Source of the DNA: Phoronis australis
Taxonomy: Eukaryota > Animalia > Phoronida
Assembly (NCBI GenBank): GCA_002633005.1
Contig: NMRA01000234.1
Span: forward strand, 431,535 to 495,534
DNA: 64,000 nucleotides
Direction: 5' to 3'
The stretch's first letter is position 1. Each line of letters begins with the position of its first letter. The notes beneath the pieces were generated by a model, which had not been told where the DNA came from, searched no databases, and was given only the letters and a program-made list of their open reading frames with translations. The translations under genes and the position numbers were made by a program. Shown one piece after another: positions 38,101 through 49,290 of this stretch.

Positions 38101-41100
38101 AACGTGGCTTTATAGCCACTTTTAATAACTCCATAAAAACTACAGGACTGATAATCAAACCACAAGGACAGTCACAGAGAGGGATCGCAGCTACACAAAA
38201 AATGACTACCAAGCAACAATTACAACAAAAACTGTCCAAACAATCAATTTGTTGTTTATGATTGCAAATTGCATCACTTCAAAACTTCTCTTCCTCACCA
38301 ATATAGTGATGTGCATACTTGGGGTACGTGCTGACTGGATGCTCTGTGCTCAGCCATTGTTGCATAAGGACGTATGAAGGTTGAGCATGATGGAATGTGA
38401 ATCCTAGCTAAAACAAAACAGTAATAAGACTTTGTTAGATTTTGACAGTAATAAGATTTTGTTAGATCTTGACAGTAATAAGACTTTGTTAGATCTTGAC
38501 AGTATTAAGACTTTGTTAGATCTTGACAGTAATAAGACTTTGTTAGATCTTGACAGTAATAAGACTTTGTTAGATCTTGACAGTAATAAGACTTTGTTAG
38601 ATCTTGACAGTAATAAGACTTTGTTAGATCTTGACAGTATTAAGACTTTGTTAGATCTTGACAACTGAAGTACTACTGAGCATCCATGATACCAGTTTTA
38701 CAATTGCCTGGAGCTAAGAATTATGATCTCAATATGCCACTTTTGTATTCTTACCTGATTAGAAAATGATTCTGCATCAATAAATTCACCACATAAGCTA
38801 GTCTATCATGCACTCTTAAAGGAGAAGGAAGCCTTTTTTCATGTCGTTTTTAATAAAAATACATTTCGTTGATTATCCAAGACATATTTTTCAGTTAATA
38901 ATAGCTTCCTGTAAGTCGTGCTTTACTCCAGAAGTGATGTTTAGGGAGATGAATTTCCTGCCATTTTGTTTTCATATAATCTGACTGCATGAGCTGTCAA
39001 GTCAGTCATTGTTTTCCCCAGGTTTTGATAAGTTCAGTCATTCTTTGCATTTTTTTACATGTCAGTCAACATCCAGCAGGATTGCTGCATACCGGTGTGT
39101 ACTCATTATTGTCTCACGCGCACTTTGTGTATGCCATTACATCACTTTCCGAAAGATGACAAGCCCCGCCATACCTGGCTTGTTCGTGAGAAGAACACAG
39201 CGTTACCATCCAAGCCATGTACAAAGCCCTAAAGAATTATCGAGTGTGTGGCAATGCCTGAAAAAGGATGCCATACTATCGCTGTTGATTTCCAGCAGTG
39301 CTCCGTCACCACCCCAGGGAAGTGCATTTTTGAAGCCATTAGCCTCACAAGCTGCGGCCTCTACAGTGACTGGAGGCATTTCATCTACTGTCGCCTGTGC
39401 CTCCGAACGTACCCCAGAGTTTACAATTCTGGGAACTAGCAGTGATTCGCCCTGTGCTGGTGTTGTCTCCAGCTCAAAGCCTGTAAGCAGCCTTGCAGCG
39501 ATGCTGAATAGTGGGAGTGAATACAAGCCAGGTTTGACACGCAGTGGGGAGGACAGTTTGTCATCCAGTGATCAAGCTGGTGAGCTAAACATTGATAAAT
39601 TTATTGTGGACCTGAATAAAGTATCGGAGCTAGAAGATGCCCGGTGTGTGACGAAGCAGCCATACACCAGGATGTCAGCGGTTTGGGTGCTCAGGTCACC
39701 AGGAACAGCATAGGTATTCCATTGAGGTTGGCATAACAGTGCACACCGTGCATTTGCACCATCACGTACAACATACTTGTCCTCAGTCTCTGCCTCATCC
39801 CTCTCAAACAGATGTCTGCTCGTATTCTGCCTCAATATACATGGGCTCAAACATATATCCACCCACTGACTGTTTGTGAAAAAATTCCTCCTCACCACTA
39901 CTCCGAACAATGTCTCCGTCACTCAAGTCGCTGTGTCTGTGATATGGGTAGCCGACTCCAGCCATTTTCAGGCTACTACGAACTAAAAGATTCCTAAATC
40001 CAACGTAATTGAGTTCTCTAACAATCTTAGCTTGTCGTAGAATACTCGTCGATGGGAAGTGGTGATGATAATTTTAGGAAATCAACACAAAAACAACAGC
40101 AGAACAGGATCCTCACAGTAAACTCAAACACACTAGAAACAAACTGTCAGAAAATTCTTAACCGCCTAAATGTAACTTCCGGAGTAGTGCTGACTAATTT
40201 ATAAAATTATGTCTGGGATAATCAACGAACCGTATTTTTACTAAAAATGACACGAAAAAAGGTTGCCCTCCCCTTTAAACCCACCTAAGTCAATACTCAA
40301 GACATACATTTCACAAAATTCACAAGATGCCCCAACTAAAATATCCAAAGCAGGTTATCGCAAAGAATGTTGCTAGACACGTCTTCTGTAAAATAGAGGA
40401 AACTAAGGTACACTTTTGCCAAGACATACAGACTAAGTACCAGAACTTTTGAAAAGTGATTGAATCAGACTGGAGTTTGGATGAATGAAAACATAAAATG
40501 CACATTTATTTCAAAGCACTCACTTTGGTACAAACTGGAATGAGTGAAGATTGGTCAATCTTTATGTTGACTAGCACGCAGTTCACCCTGATCTTCTTCC
40601 AGAAATCTAATGATACTGCAAATCAAAAAAAAAACATAACCTGTCAAAGTCGTGACTTTTTTCAAACACAAGAAGTGTGTTTTTTCATCAATGGATGTTA
40701 AGTTCAAGCACAGATAAAAATGCAACCAGTCCAAGAAAACTATTGTTAAAGGCTAAAGCTTCACTTTGTTTTGACAAACTAACTAAAAACAGAAAACTGA
40801 ATTCCTGATTCTTTTGTTCTCATAAAATTGGTCACGCAATCTTCTTAACTTTATGATAGAATTCTATTGTCATACAACTCAAATCACAGGCCAAGCACAT
40901 ACATGAACCATTTTCAATTTTGCAATTTTAGAGTTGGCTTCCTCCTATAAACTCTGCAATGATTTCTTGTGTTGCTGATGGTTTTAATGTTTTTGTAGGA
41001 AATGAAAATGGAATCCTATCATAGAGGGAATATTACAACACCGATAAGATTAGAGTAAAAGACCTAACATTTCATAATTTAGCCAGCTAAACAGGGAGAA

Positions 41101-43224
41101 ATGCAGCTTTAAAAGCCAGACAAACAACATTAATTTTCTAAATGGTTTTCAAACAATGGTTTGCCTACTTGTTCTATTATTACCCAACAATTAAGATAAG
41201 CTTACATTTAACACTGGGCTAGGTACATAGTGATTGGAACTATTGAGCTGTGACAATGATTTGATGATGTCAAAACATTTTAATTACATATGTCAATGGC
41301 CCATTACCCCACATGGGACTTAACACCACAAAGTGCAGACATCAGCCTCCTCATGGACACAGATCACATTAAAGTATGAATACAGTAACTATGTGTAATG
41401 AATAACAAATCCCATTTGTTCCTGAGATATGAATCACTCATTCATGAATTGATGCCGTATAAGACAGCAGTGCCTCCCTCCCTATTCAACAACTACCCGC
41501 CTTCCTCAAATGCCACAACTGTTTCACTATACTCCAACCAGTAAATAATTTGTATTTCAGGATTGACCAATCACAAACACTTAACTGGACAAGTAATTTA
41601 AACAACAATGACAGCATTGCTGTTGCAGGTTCATGGTTTGGAGTGAAATACTGTGTTTTGGAATTATACACAAAGGACACTTTTTAATTACTGCTCATAA
41701 CCTTACGCACAATGCTTACAGCGCCACCTTCAGTCGTCAAAGAAACTAACATTTGACTTAGTAATACAATTAAATTGCTCTGAATACGGAATCATTTCTT
41801 GGTTATAGCAGATCTGTCAATAGTGCTTGAGATCTAGTTCTGTGCATAAGATGGTCAGTTGTCCACATATTGAGGCTGACCTCAAGCAATAATGAACGAT
41901 GAGTTCTCTCAAGCCCCGAAATCACCCCTCATAGAACAATTTAAAGAGGCTATTTAGCATGACTCCCGAACACAAAACTAACTTTAGAATTAGACCACCT
42001 AACATTGTGAAAATGATATCTAATCCTTCCTTAGTCAAACTGGAGGTGATTTAGGTTTTTGATAGCCTCAGACAAGGCTCTACAAGTTGTCAAGTCACAG
42101 TTGCTTAAGACCAGGTTTATAACTATGTAAAAGCCTTTTATCAAAGTTATTTGTTTTGACTGAGAGACTTTACTCAAGGCTACGAGAAAGGCCAACATAT
42201 TGTTTAGCTGCTAATATCAACCTGTAAGTTTTTGCTCAAACTCCATATCCGAGAGACTCCTGTAGTGCTCGCAATGAACTGTTATACAGTTGTACCTGAA
42301 ATGAACAGTATGGAAATATATTAAAGGTACGCTATCAGTTTTATGCTAAAAAATGCATGTTGAAATTATTGCGGCTTGGGATAGACCAAAGCTATAAAAC
42401 AACCATTTGCTAAATTTGAGGCTTGTGACTTTACAAGGTAAATACTATGGAATTATTAAACTGGTGTGGAAATGTACAACACAAACCTATTATGTTTGGT
42501 CAGTACTCCCCCTGTGGCCACATCACGTAACTTAATGAATATAAAACCTGAAAAGATTTCTGCCCCAAATGGGACTCGAACCCCAGGCCTTCTGGTAACA
42601 GATGCTGCAGTCCACTGAGCCATCGAGATTACCAGTTGAATACAGAAATGCAATTAGACTTAGTGGTGGACATCTTGGCCTTGAACTCTGATTTAAGAAT
42701 TACATTTACGATTTATATACACTCAGGAGTTCAAGGTTGCCCACTACTAAGTCTGATTGGATTTCTGTATTCAACCGGTGGTCCAGATGGCTCAGTGGAG
42801 TCTGCACGGTTAGCAGAAGGTCCCCAGGAGAGTCCTGCTTGGGGCAGAAATCTTTTCCAACTTATATTCATTAGTTCATGTGATGTGGCCACAGCTGCAT
42901 GCTGACCAGATTTAATAAAATTAAAATACTCCGTCATTTATGGAGTGTAGTTTAGATCCACCAGCAGAGCATTGGAATGCGACTGCAGAGGCTGTAGAAT
43001 CGATTCCAATTTCCACGTCTCAAGAAAATTACCTTCTCCACCAATTTCAACCCTTGAACACAAAGGTCCCATGCTAACGTGTGAGAGTACAGCAGCATTT
43101 TTGAAAACTTGATAAATTTCAAAAATCATGTTATGTAATTCGCTGCTCTAAATGTCATCAGGAACTTTCGCTCCATGGTTACTTACCTGTCCACATGAAG
43201 CCTGAAAATGTTGTTGTGTGCCAT
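32148..43224 (-). CDS. NUDT6: Nudix hydrolase, NUDT6-like (258 aa)
   Basis: Seven phase-compatible GT-AG exons: 43224-43187, 42295-42222, 40615-40524, 38407-38299, 36761-36648, 35123-34921, 32294-32148 (777 nt). Translation: MAHNNIFRLHVDRYNCITV...SLDFWKK...LGFTFHHAQPSYVLMQQWL...YAHHYIGTGGFVVN...WKLPGGYLEVGEDFGEGAIREVREETGI...FGCSDIYFVC...YIPQ*. The Nudix box Gx5Ex7REUxEExGU is perfect, and the GFxFHHA segment is typical of NUDT6. AATAAA lies on the - strand at 32081-32076. Confidence 0.92.
36980..37075 (+). repeat. Dispersed repeat; related copies at about 60038-60105 and, weaker, about 42033
   Basis: Shared GTCAAATTAGAGGT.ATTT...GGCTT...ACAGTT.ATTATT...GCTCTACA. Confidence 0.55.
37255..38020. 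mobile_element. Old fold-back element with outward-facing degenerate hammerhead cores, in a NUDT6 intron
   Basis: Arms at about 37255-37410 and 37877-38020 are inverted homologues (GACAAGAGAGA..GGGGGG.TCC.TGCA.ATC and AGAATCATAGGAG..ACCAGAT). CTGACGA..GAAAT is on - (37287-37259); CTGATGA..GAAAC is on + (37982-38013). Confidence 0.6.
38418..38663. repeat. 27-bp minisatellite, nine copies, abutting a NUDT6 splice acceptor
   Basis: Unit GACAGTAATAAGACTTTGTTAGATCTT. Confidence 0.95.
38820..40274 (+). mobile_element. Internally deleted Kolobok element (THAP-transposase remnant on +, KolX-like remnant on -) in a NUDT6 intron
   Basis: TTAA|AGGAGAAGG ... GGTTGCCCTCCCCT|TTAA with TIRs of about 130 bp. 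The + strand is homologous to 16702-17350 (KKDAI, DKFIVDLNKV, RCPVC). The - strand 39965-39705 reads MAGVG...GYMFEP...WCKCTVCTVMPTSMEYLCC with stops. Confidence 0.88.
42488..42918. mobile_element. Palindromic element with two divergent tRNA-like heads, in the first coding intron of NUDT6
   Basis: Arms at about 42488-42690 and 42722-42918 are inverted homologues. Each has TGGCTCAGTGG (A box) and a B-box-like segment (GGTTCGAGTCC on the - strand near 42582-42572). Confidence 0.7.
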
Positions 43225-45356
43225 GGTTCATTGCCCATAAAATTCTAACGAATCCTGAAAATAATATGTAAATAAAATGATTGCGAACACATGAATTAGC
43301 ACAACAACATGTGCAACATAGAGCCTGTACAGTATGCTTCACTTCATTTACATTTAAGTCATTTATAAATTTCAAGAACTATAAGATAAGTAGGAGAAAT
43401 ATTTTCCTCACAGGTGAAGCTGTAATCACCAGAATGGGCAGGTCTACTGGAATCGTACTCTGGCAGGTGGATTCACTTTAATTCTCTTGATATCACAATG
43501 ATAGCCTGGGATGCACTCTGTAGACGCAACCTTTCTTGTCACAAGTGCTTGCACGCCTGGTTAGATATCAGAGAGACCTACACACAATGTGTAAATGACA
43601 CCGAGGTGAACTAGGCATGCATGGTGTGGTGAAGCCAACCTGATCAGCTACGTGTTCTGTGGACCTAAGAGACTTACGAAGCACTTGTGGCAAGAGTTTT
43701 TCACTTATGCAATGAAAACGGTGAATTTTTTCCCATAAATTAATGTTCCAATCTCAGTACTTGCATGGCTGTCATTTTGCTACGGCCTACACTTAAGTAA
43801 GGTCCTAGCATACTCATGGAATGCTCGTCTTTAACCAACAACTTCATTTGAAACAAAACAAAGGCCATGCAGGTAGTTTATGAAGTAAGAAAATGGGCGG
43901 TTAAGCACTGAAATAAGTGGGGGGCTATAGCCTTCCCAACACCCTATGATATGCTGACCATGATGAACTGATACCACTTTTAAGAGTTTTGGAAACGTCA
44001 AACCTTAATTGTTACCGTAAGTCAATGGTTCATGAGGTATGCTATAGGCAAATGTAAAATGGGTTTAAGCCCGTGTTCCAGAGAAAAGCACCTTCCCTTC
44101 AGGCCACTAACTATTGGTCACGTCGTGTTCCTTTTTAAGGAAGTAATTTTCAGGCTGGCACACAGATTGTTTCCTCCAGTCCATGTTCAACGTATAAAAT
44201 AACACGCTGTGACAAGCAAACTTGTAGAGTAATAAAAAAACTACTAGTTCTTTCACACCTCTGAAATCACTCCCAAAATAATAACCTAAGTAGTATAAAT
44301 CAAAAGTTTGTTCTGAGGGAGAATTGGTTTACAATCACACATGACCACGATCAAACACGAAACCAAAGATTTCGCCAGCACACCATTTTTAGCGCCGGGT
44401 GACCTGGCCATTTTTTTTTCAAAAACTGTGGTTGACCAATCTTGCACCATCTTAGATTTGCCAATATATGCTTATATTCTGAAAGTTTGGTAGAAATTCA
44501 TATCTTCCTTATAGTATCAATCCTTGGAGGACAGATTGGATTGTGACCATACCTAGTATATAGATCTGCTAGCAGGTAAGGGGTTCAGGGGCAGCTGCAT
44601 TAGTGAAGAACCGGGGGTGCATTCTGTACACCCAAGAATCTCGCCAAAAGTAAGATCAAGCAAAATCCCACAAGTGAAAAGCAAGTGTTTCGTGAGTGAA
44701 AAGCAAGTGTTTCATGAGTAAGCTAGAGACCTCACTAGCATACCTTTAGCAAAACAGCAGCCTCGTTAACAGGTTAGTAAGGTTGAAAAGTTGAATTATT
44801 CATGGTTTCTGATTGATAATTGACCTCAACTGCATGGTCTAAAGATTGCAGCCCTGTTGTCAGTTACACTACGTGTTCCAACTATGCAGTATGGAACAAG
44901 TGGAGAACCTATTGTTCATTACAATGTGTAAGACAAGTGCAGAACTTGCCCGTTACACAACTATGGGGCACAGGAAAGTGCAGAACATGTTGTCTGCTAT
45001 GTATGAGTACATATTCTAACTGATTGCACCAAATTTGTGTCCTGTGGATGAAATCAACTCTGAGAGGAGCAGACAAATTTTTTTGCTAACTTTCTTCCAT
45101 TTTTGTAATACAGCATTAATACAAATTAGACAGAACATTGCCTTGTTCGGACTATCAGAAACCTGTTTGGTTTTTAACTGTACATAAACTTTCTAGCGGC
45201 AAACATATCACCCACATGTTTCTTGCCTGGTTGAGCCAAATAACTTAGTCCTTTACGGTTGCTTATCATCAACTCTCAAAAGCATTATTGGACAACTTTA
45301 AAAACATGCTTTTTATAAACCGGTAGTTCTATTCAGTCTTTGAACACCGGCAACTA

Positions 45357-48107
45357 TTAAGACAGTCCTTCTCGTTCTTTGAATGCCCGTAACTTTTCAA
45401 GTTTCACATTGGTTCTTTTCTTTTTTTCACGTTTATTTTGGGACATTTCAGCCTTATGTTTCATCACAAAACTGTCATTTCCATGGTAATGAATGTCAAG
45501 TTTTTCTTGCATAACCAAACGTGCTTTTTTCCTGTTTGTATCCAGAGACCGGCTATCATGATTCTGAAAAGTCAAGAAAAATTACTTGTAGCATATTACT
45601 GCACTTTCCAAATTTAGAACAGCTTCACAAATTTAATTTAAGATTTTCATTAAAAGTGCATAATTAAGATGAACATCAGCCACAAGACAACAGACAATAA
45701 CTGAAAGAAGGATTACCATGTTCAACCATTAAAATGTAAAGTTACAGCTCAGCTTAAAGGAGCATGCCACCCAAAAAAAACAACCTATTTTGTATCAATT
45801 TAGATCCAGTAGTTCTACTCGACAACGGCACGTTCAGTTGTGTTACCTGACACCTGACGGCAGACGGAGGTGTTGAAATTAACCAAAGACGTCGTTGGTT
45901 TCACACGCAGTCTGTTTAGCAGTTCACAACACGGGTTACTGGTGTCAGCTTATCGCTTGAATTCATCATTTAACACCAATAAATCATCAAACCTTAAAAG
46001 TAAAACCCTTAAAAATACACCGAGTTCTTATACAAACATGTTGTTTCATTTCACTGTTACGGATTTATTGGTATTTGGACACACTGTAGCCTACAAAGTT
46101 CGACAGGCCAATTTACCAAGGTCGTGGCAGGAGTTTAGGGTCTGTTCGAAGATAAATTCGAAGTAATCTTCTGTGAAATACAGACAGAAGAACCTAGATC
46201 TGTGTTGTTTAGACTTGTGATTTTTTAAGTTCTAAACACACAACACACTTGTTATCCCAGCCAGTGGCTTGGAACCCGATCAGGCCCGTCGCGACCACAT
46301 TGACTCGTTATCCCGGCCAGCAGCTCGGAATCCGATCAGGCCTGTCGCGGCCGCAGGGACTAGCACGAACATAAACTAGCTTGAGTTGGAAACTAAACCT
46401 CCAGTCACGAAAAGATTATAATAGCGAGCCAAAGAAATAATGTGCACATAATTATTTATGTGAATTAGCCACGAAACCGAAAATCTACTAACTTGTCGGG
46501 GGCCACGAAGTCAGGTTCCCATTCCAAAGACAGTCAGGGCAAAGGCTATACAGTAACAATGATTTGAATAATGTATTTGTATTTCTAAATAAAGATTCCC
46601 CTAACATGTGACCATAGCATATAAAATTGAGTAATTGTTTCACAACAGTTTTCTGTCAGTAAACACTGAGTTAGCATGCACTCACACGGCCTTGGTGCCC
46701 GGTCAATTACCTTTATTGCCGGCATCAAAAGCCGGTAACGAAGTGGTTTATTCTTTGCTGGCTTCTCAACATTTGCACTCACTAATACTGCAAAGGCATT
46801 TCAAATTGTATATAATGAGACAGACTTTGCTTCAGTTTTATATAAGCATTAGTTAGAATGAGAATAATTCATTTTGAAACAGAACGCAGAAAATAAACGT
46901 CTACATGGCAACTCGCCCAGGGCCAATCCTGACTTAGTCAAGAGCTCATCAGGCAAAGACTTCACAGGTTGGATTGTTAGATTTCGAAGACTATCAGTTC
47001 GAACCGGAATACACTGACCAAGAAATACTAGACAGGCACCGTGAACATGCACAGGCAACGGAATGTATGGATAGTTTTTTGGTAAGCCGGAATTCGTCAG
47101 GGAAATCACTGTCAACAAAATGCCGGCAACAGACACGGAGATGTTTCACGGCCTCATATTTGCTATTAACAGCGTACCTTTCATTCTTCACTACCGCAAG
47201 CCACTTCCAAAGCATTTCGAGCTCTCGAGGAAATAAAAAAAAATGATATACCTGCTTTCTTTGCAGCTTAATTCATAGTTCGGACAAGTAGGAACAATGC
47301 ACCGCAATATAGCGGCATTCACTCTGAAGACGAACCACTGATGTCGCTGTCGTTTCTCACCTTCCTCACGGGTTAACACGACACCTCTCGGCAAGGTGAG
47401 GTCGACCGTTTAAGAGGCGATGTGGATATAGACCGATTAAGACGGTAAAAAAAGACTAATTAAATTGGGTGGCATTCTCCTTTAAGTTATTCAGAAGAAG
47501 GTGGCTGCTGGCAGATGTCTAGACTTTCTAATAGAAAGTCTAGACATCTGCCAAGAAGCCAAGTTTGAAGCAAGCAGAATCTTTTAGAATCGTAGACATA
47601 GCAATCAAATTTGATTCCCCGCCACTGCCACCTGAATTACGTTTAAATATAATACACACCATCCTTATCCAAGAACACACACTACGTCCTTACTTTAACA
47701 ACAATCCCAGTTGGTTTATGCTTCAATGTGACACAGTTGGTAGTCTTATTCACACTCTGTCCTCCAGGGCCACTGCCGCGAGACAAGTGTTCTTCCAAGT
47801 CATCCTCATTAAGTTCTGGGTAATGTGGTTTCTTGGCCAACAGTCGACCATGCTGGATGCTCACTCCCCCAACAGAGTAGGGCAACAGGCATAAACTGTT
47901 CCTGTTGAAGGCATGGAGTAGTCTACAGCTGGGCATCTTGTCCAAATACATTCTCATGTTGCGTGCACCTGAGTACTTTAGGGCAGTATTCATGCTCACA
48001 AAGGGATGTGCTCTTGTCCACGTTCTCACGCTCACATTCCTGATAGCTTCCAAGCAGTGAATCTGCTCCAAGTACATTGACAAAGGTTGCACCAGTTTCA
48101 ACATCAT
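45357..48107 (-). CDS. MTRFR: Mitochondrial translation release factor in rescue (C12orf65-like, RF-1 GGQ domain, about 206 aa)
   Basis: Exons 48107-47694 and 45563-45357. Translation includes [40 protein letters not shown]|[15 protein letters not shown]...EKLD...GNDS plus a basic C-terminal tail. The GGQ motif is intact, and the phase-0 intron after GIVVK matches the human C12orf65 intron position as I recall it. The start codon is uncertain. Confidence 0.92.
45758..47481 (-). mobile_element. Second-family internally deleted Kolobok element in the MTRFR intron
   Basis: TTAA|AGGAGCATGCCACCCA ... TGGGTGGCATTCTCCT|TTAA. The - strand 47310-47058 is a THAP remnant: LRCIVPTC...[10 protein letters not shown]...LRVCCRHF...SIHSV. 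The + strand 46905-47055 reads [16 protein letters not shown], a KolX-like N-terminus. Confidence 0.85.
47509..47553. repeat. Perfect 22-bp inverted repeat with 1-nt spacer
   Basis: TGGCAGATGTCTAGACTTTCTA-A-TAGAAAGTCTAGACATCTGCCA. Confidence 0.95.
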
Positions 48108-48199
48108 TCCATCTCATGCTCCATAAATCACTCTATCTCCATCGTTCAAACTATGCGTTCATTTATCCCGTCTACAAATACAACCAATAGTCCCAGTGG

Positions 48200-49290
48200 T
48201 TTCTGTGTATCTCTCAGTCAGTCATGTTATCAGGCAAAGCACAAAATTCAATCCAAACAACCCACTAAGCCAATAACTGGTGCTCTATTCTATGACACTC
48301 ACAGCTGACGAGTTTAATCATTCCATAAATTCAGCAGTAAAATAACCGAATAACAACAATTTTAGCACGGGTAATTTAGTTTACGCAAGCAAAAGGAGAA
48401 GGGAGAGAGTAGTTTCTAATGGTATAAAATTTATGTCAAATTTTGATTTACCAGTCTTCAACAGACATTGTTCTAAAGCTGAAACAATTATATAAATCGT
48501 CCTTGTGCACCCCCAAATAGAGTATCACTGATATATAGGCCAATTTCTTTTTTGATTCGACAATTCTTTAATCAACTGTTCTCTTCTCACAACTATGTGT
48601 TCACAACAAGGAATTGGTTTCCCTTCGTAACAAGTTTATAGTATTTTCAGGGCTCGATGTTTAGCATAACACCAACCTGCCAAATGCCACCTGGCAAAAT
48701 TCTTAAGTTACCAAATGGGAAATGAGATCACAAAAATAAAGATATCTTGTGTTAGGGGGTGCGAAAATCCTGGGTCTCACAAAAAGTTCATAGTCGGTAA
48801 CAGTCGAAAATGAAAAAACGGGACATCTGAATTGAAGAACCAGAGAACTAAGCAATTTTCCGTCAAGACATAATAGATCATGTGGCTTTGCTAATTTCCC
48901 TTTTCGACAAAAGGAGAATTAAGAGTATGTCATATGCTCAGTAACCACATATCTCATGCGACTCTTTTTTGCGGATTCTGGATTGCAAAAAAAATATATC
49001 ACGTGAACGCAAAAATACCTCAATCCCAGTTTCAACAAATTTTGAAGAATTTACTGCTGAAAACGCTCCAGACACTGCCAGAGACAGTTTTTTACACAAG
49101 TTTGATGATTAATTACTCGTCACATACTCGACACAAACCAGAAGATTGATGACACGTTTATCACACTGCGCATTGTACAAGAATTCCCGCTTTATTTCCA
49201 GTCTCAAAATCTCTGTAATCTCGCTATAAAAACTTGGTTTATCTAAAAATGTGGTCTGAAGCAGAGACTTGAGGCAGGAAGCCGTAGTGG
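48200..49290. promoter_or_regulatory. Probable bidirectional promoter / 5' UTR region between MTRFR and the unidentified + strand gene
   Basis: Inferred from head-to-head layout: MTRFR ATG at 48107 (-) and candidate first exon near 49291 (+), about 1.2 kb apart. No TSS evidence. Confidence 0.4.

Noticed and set aside
38418-38663. CRISPR-like arrays (also 4995-5370, 57548-57701, 61128-61415)
   Set aside because: Head-to-tail repeats without unique spacers, no cas genes, and a eukaryotic context. Their repetitive ORFs are artefacts.
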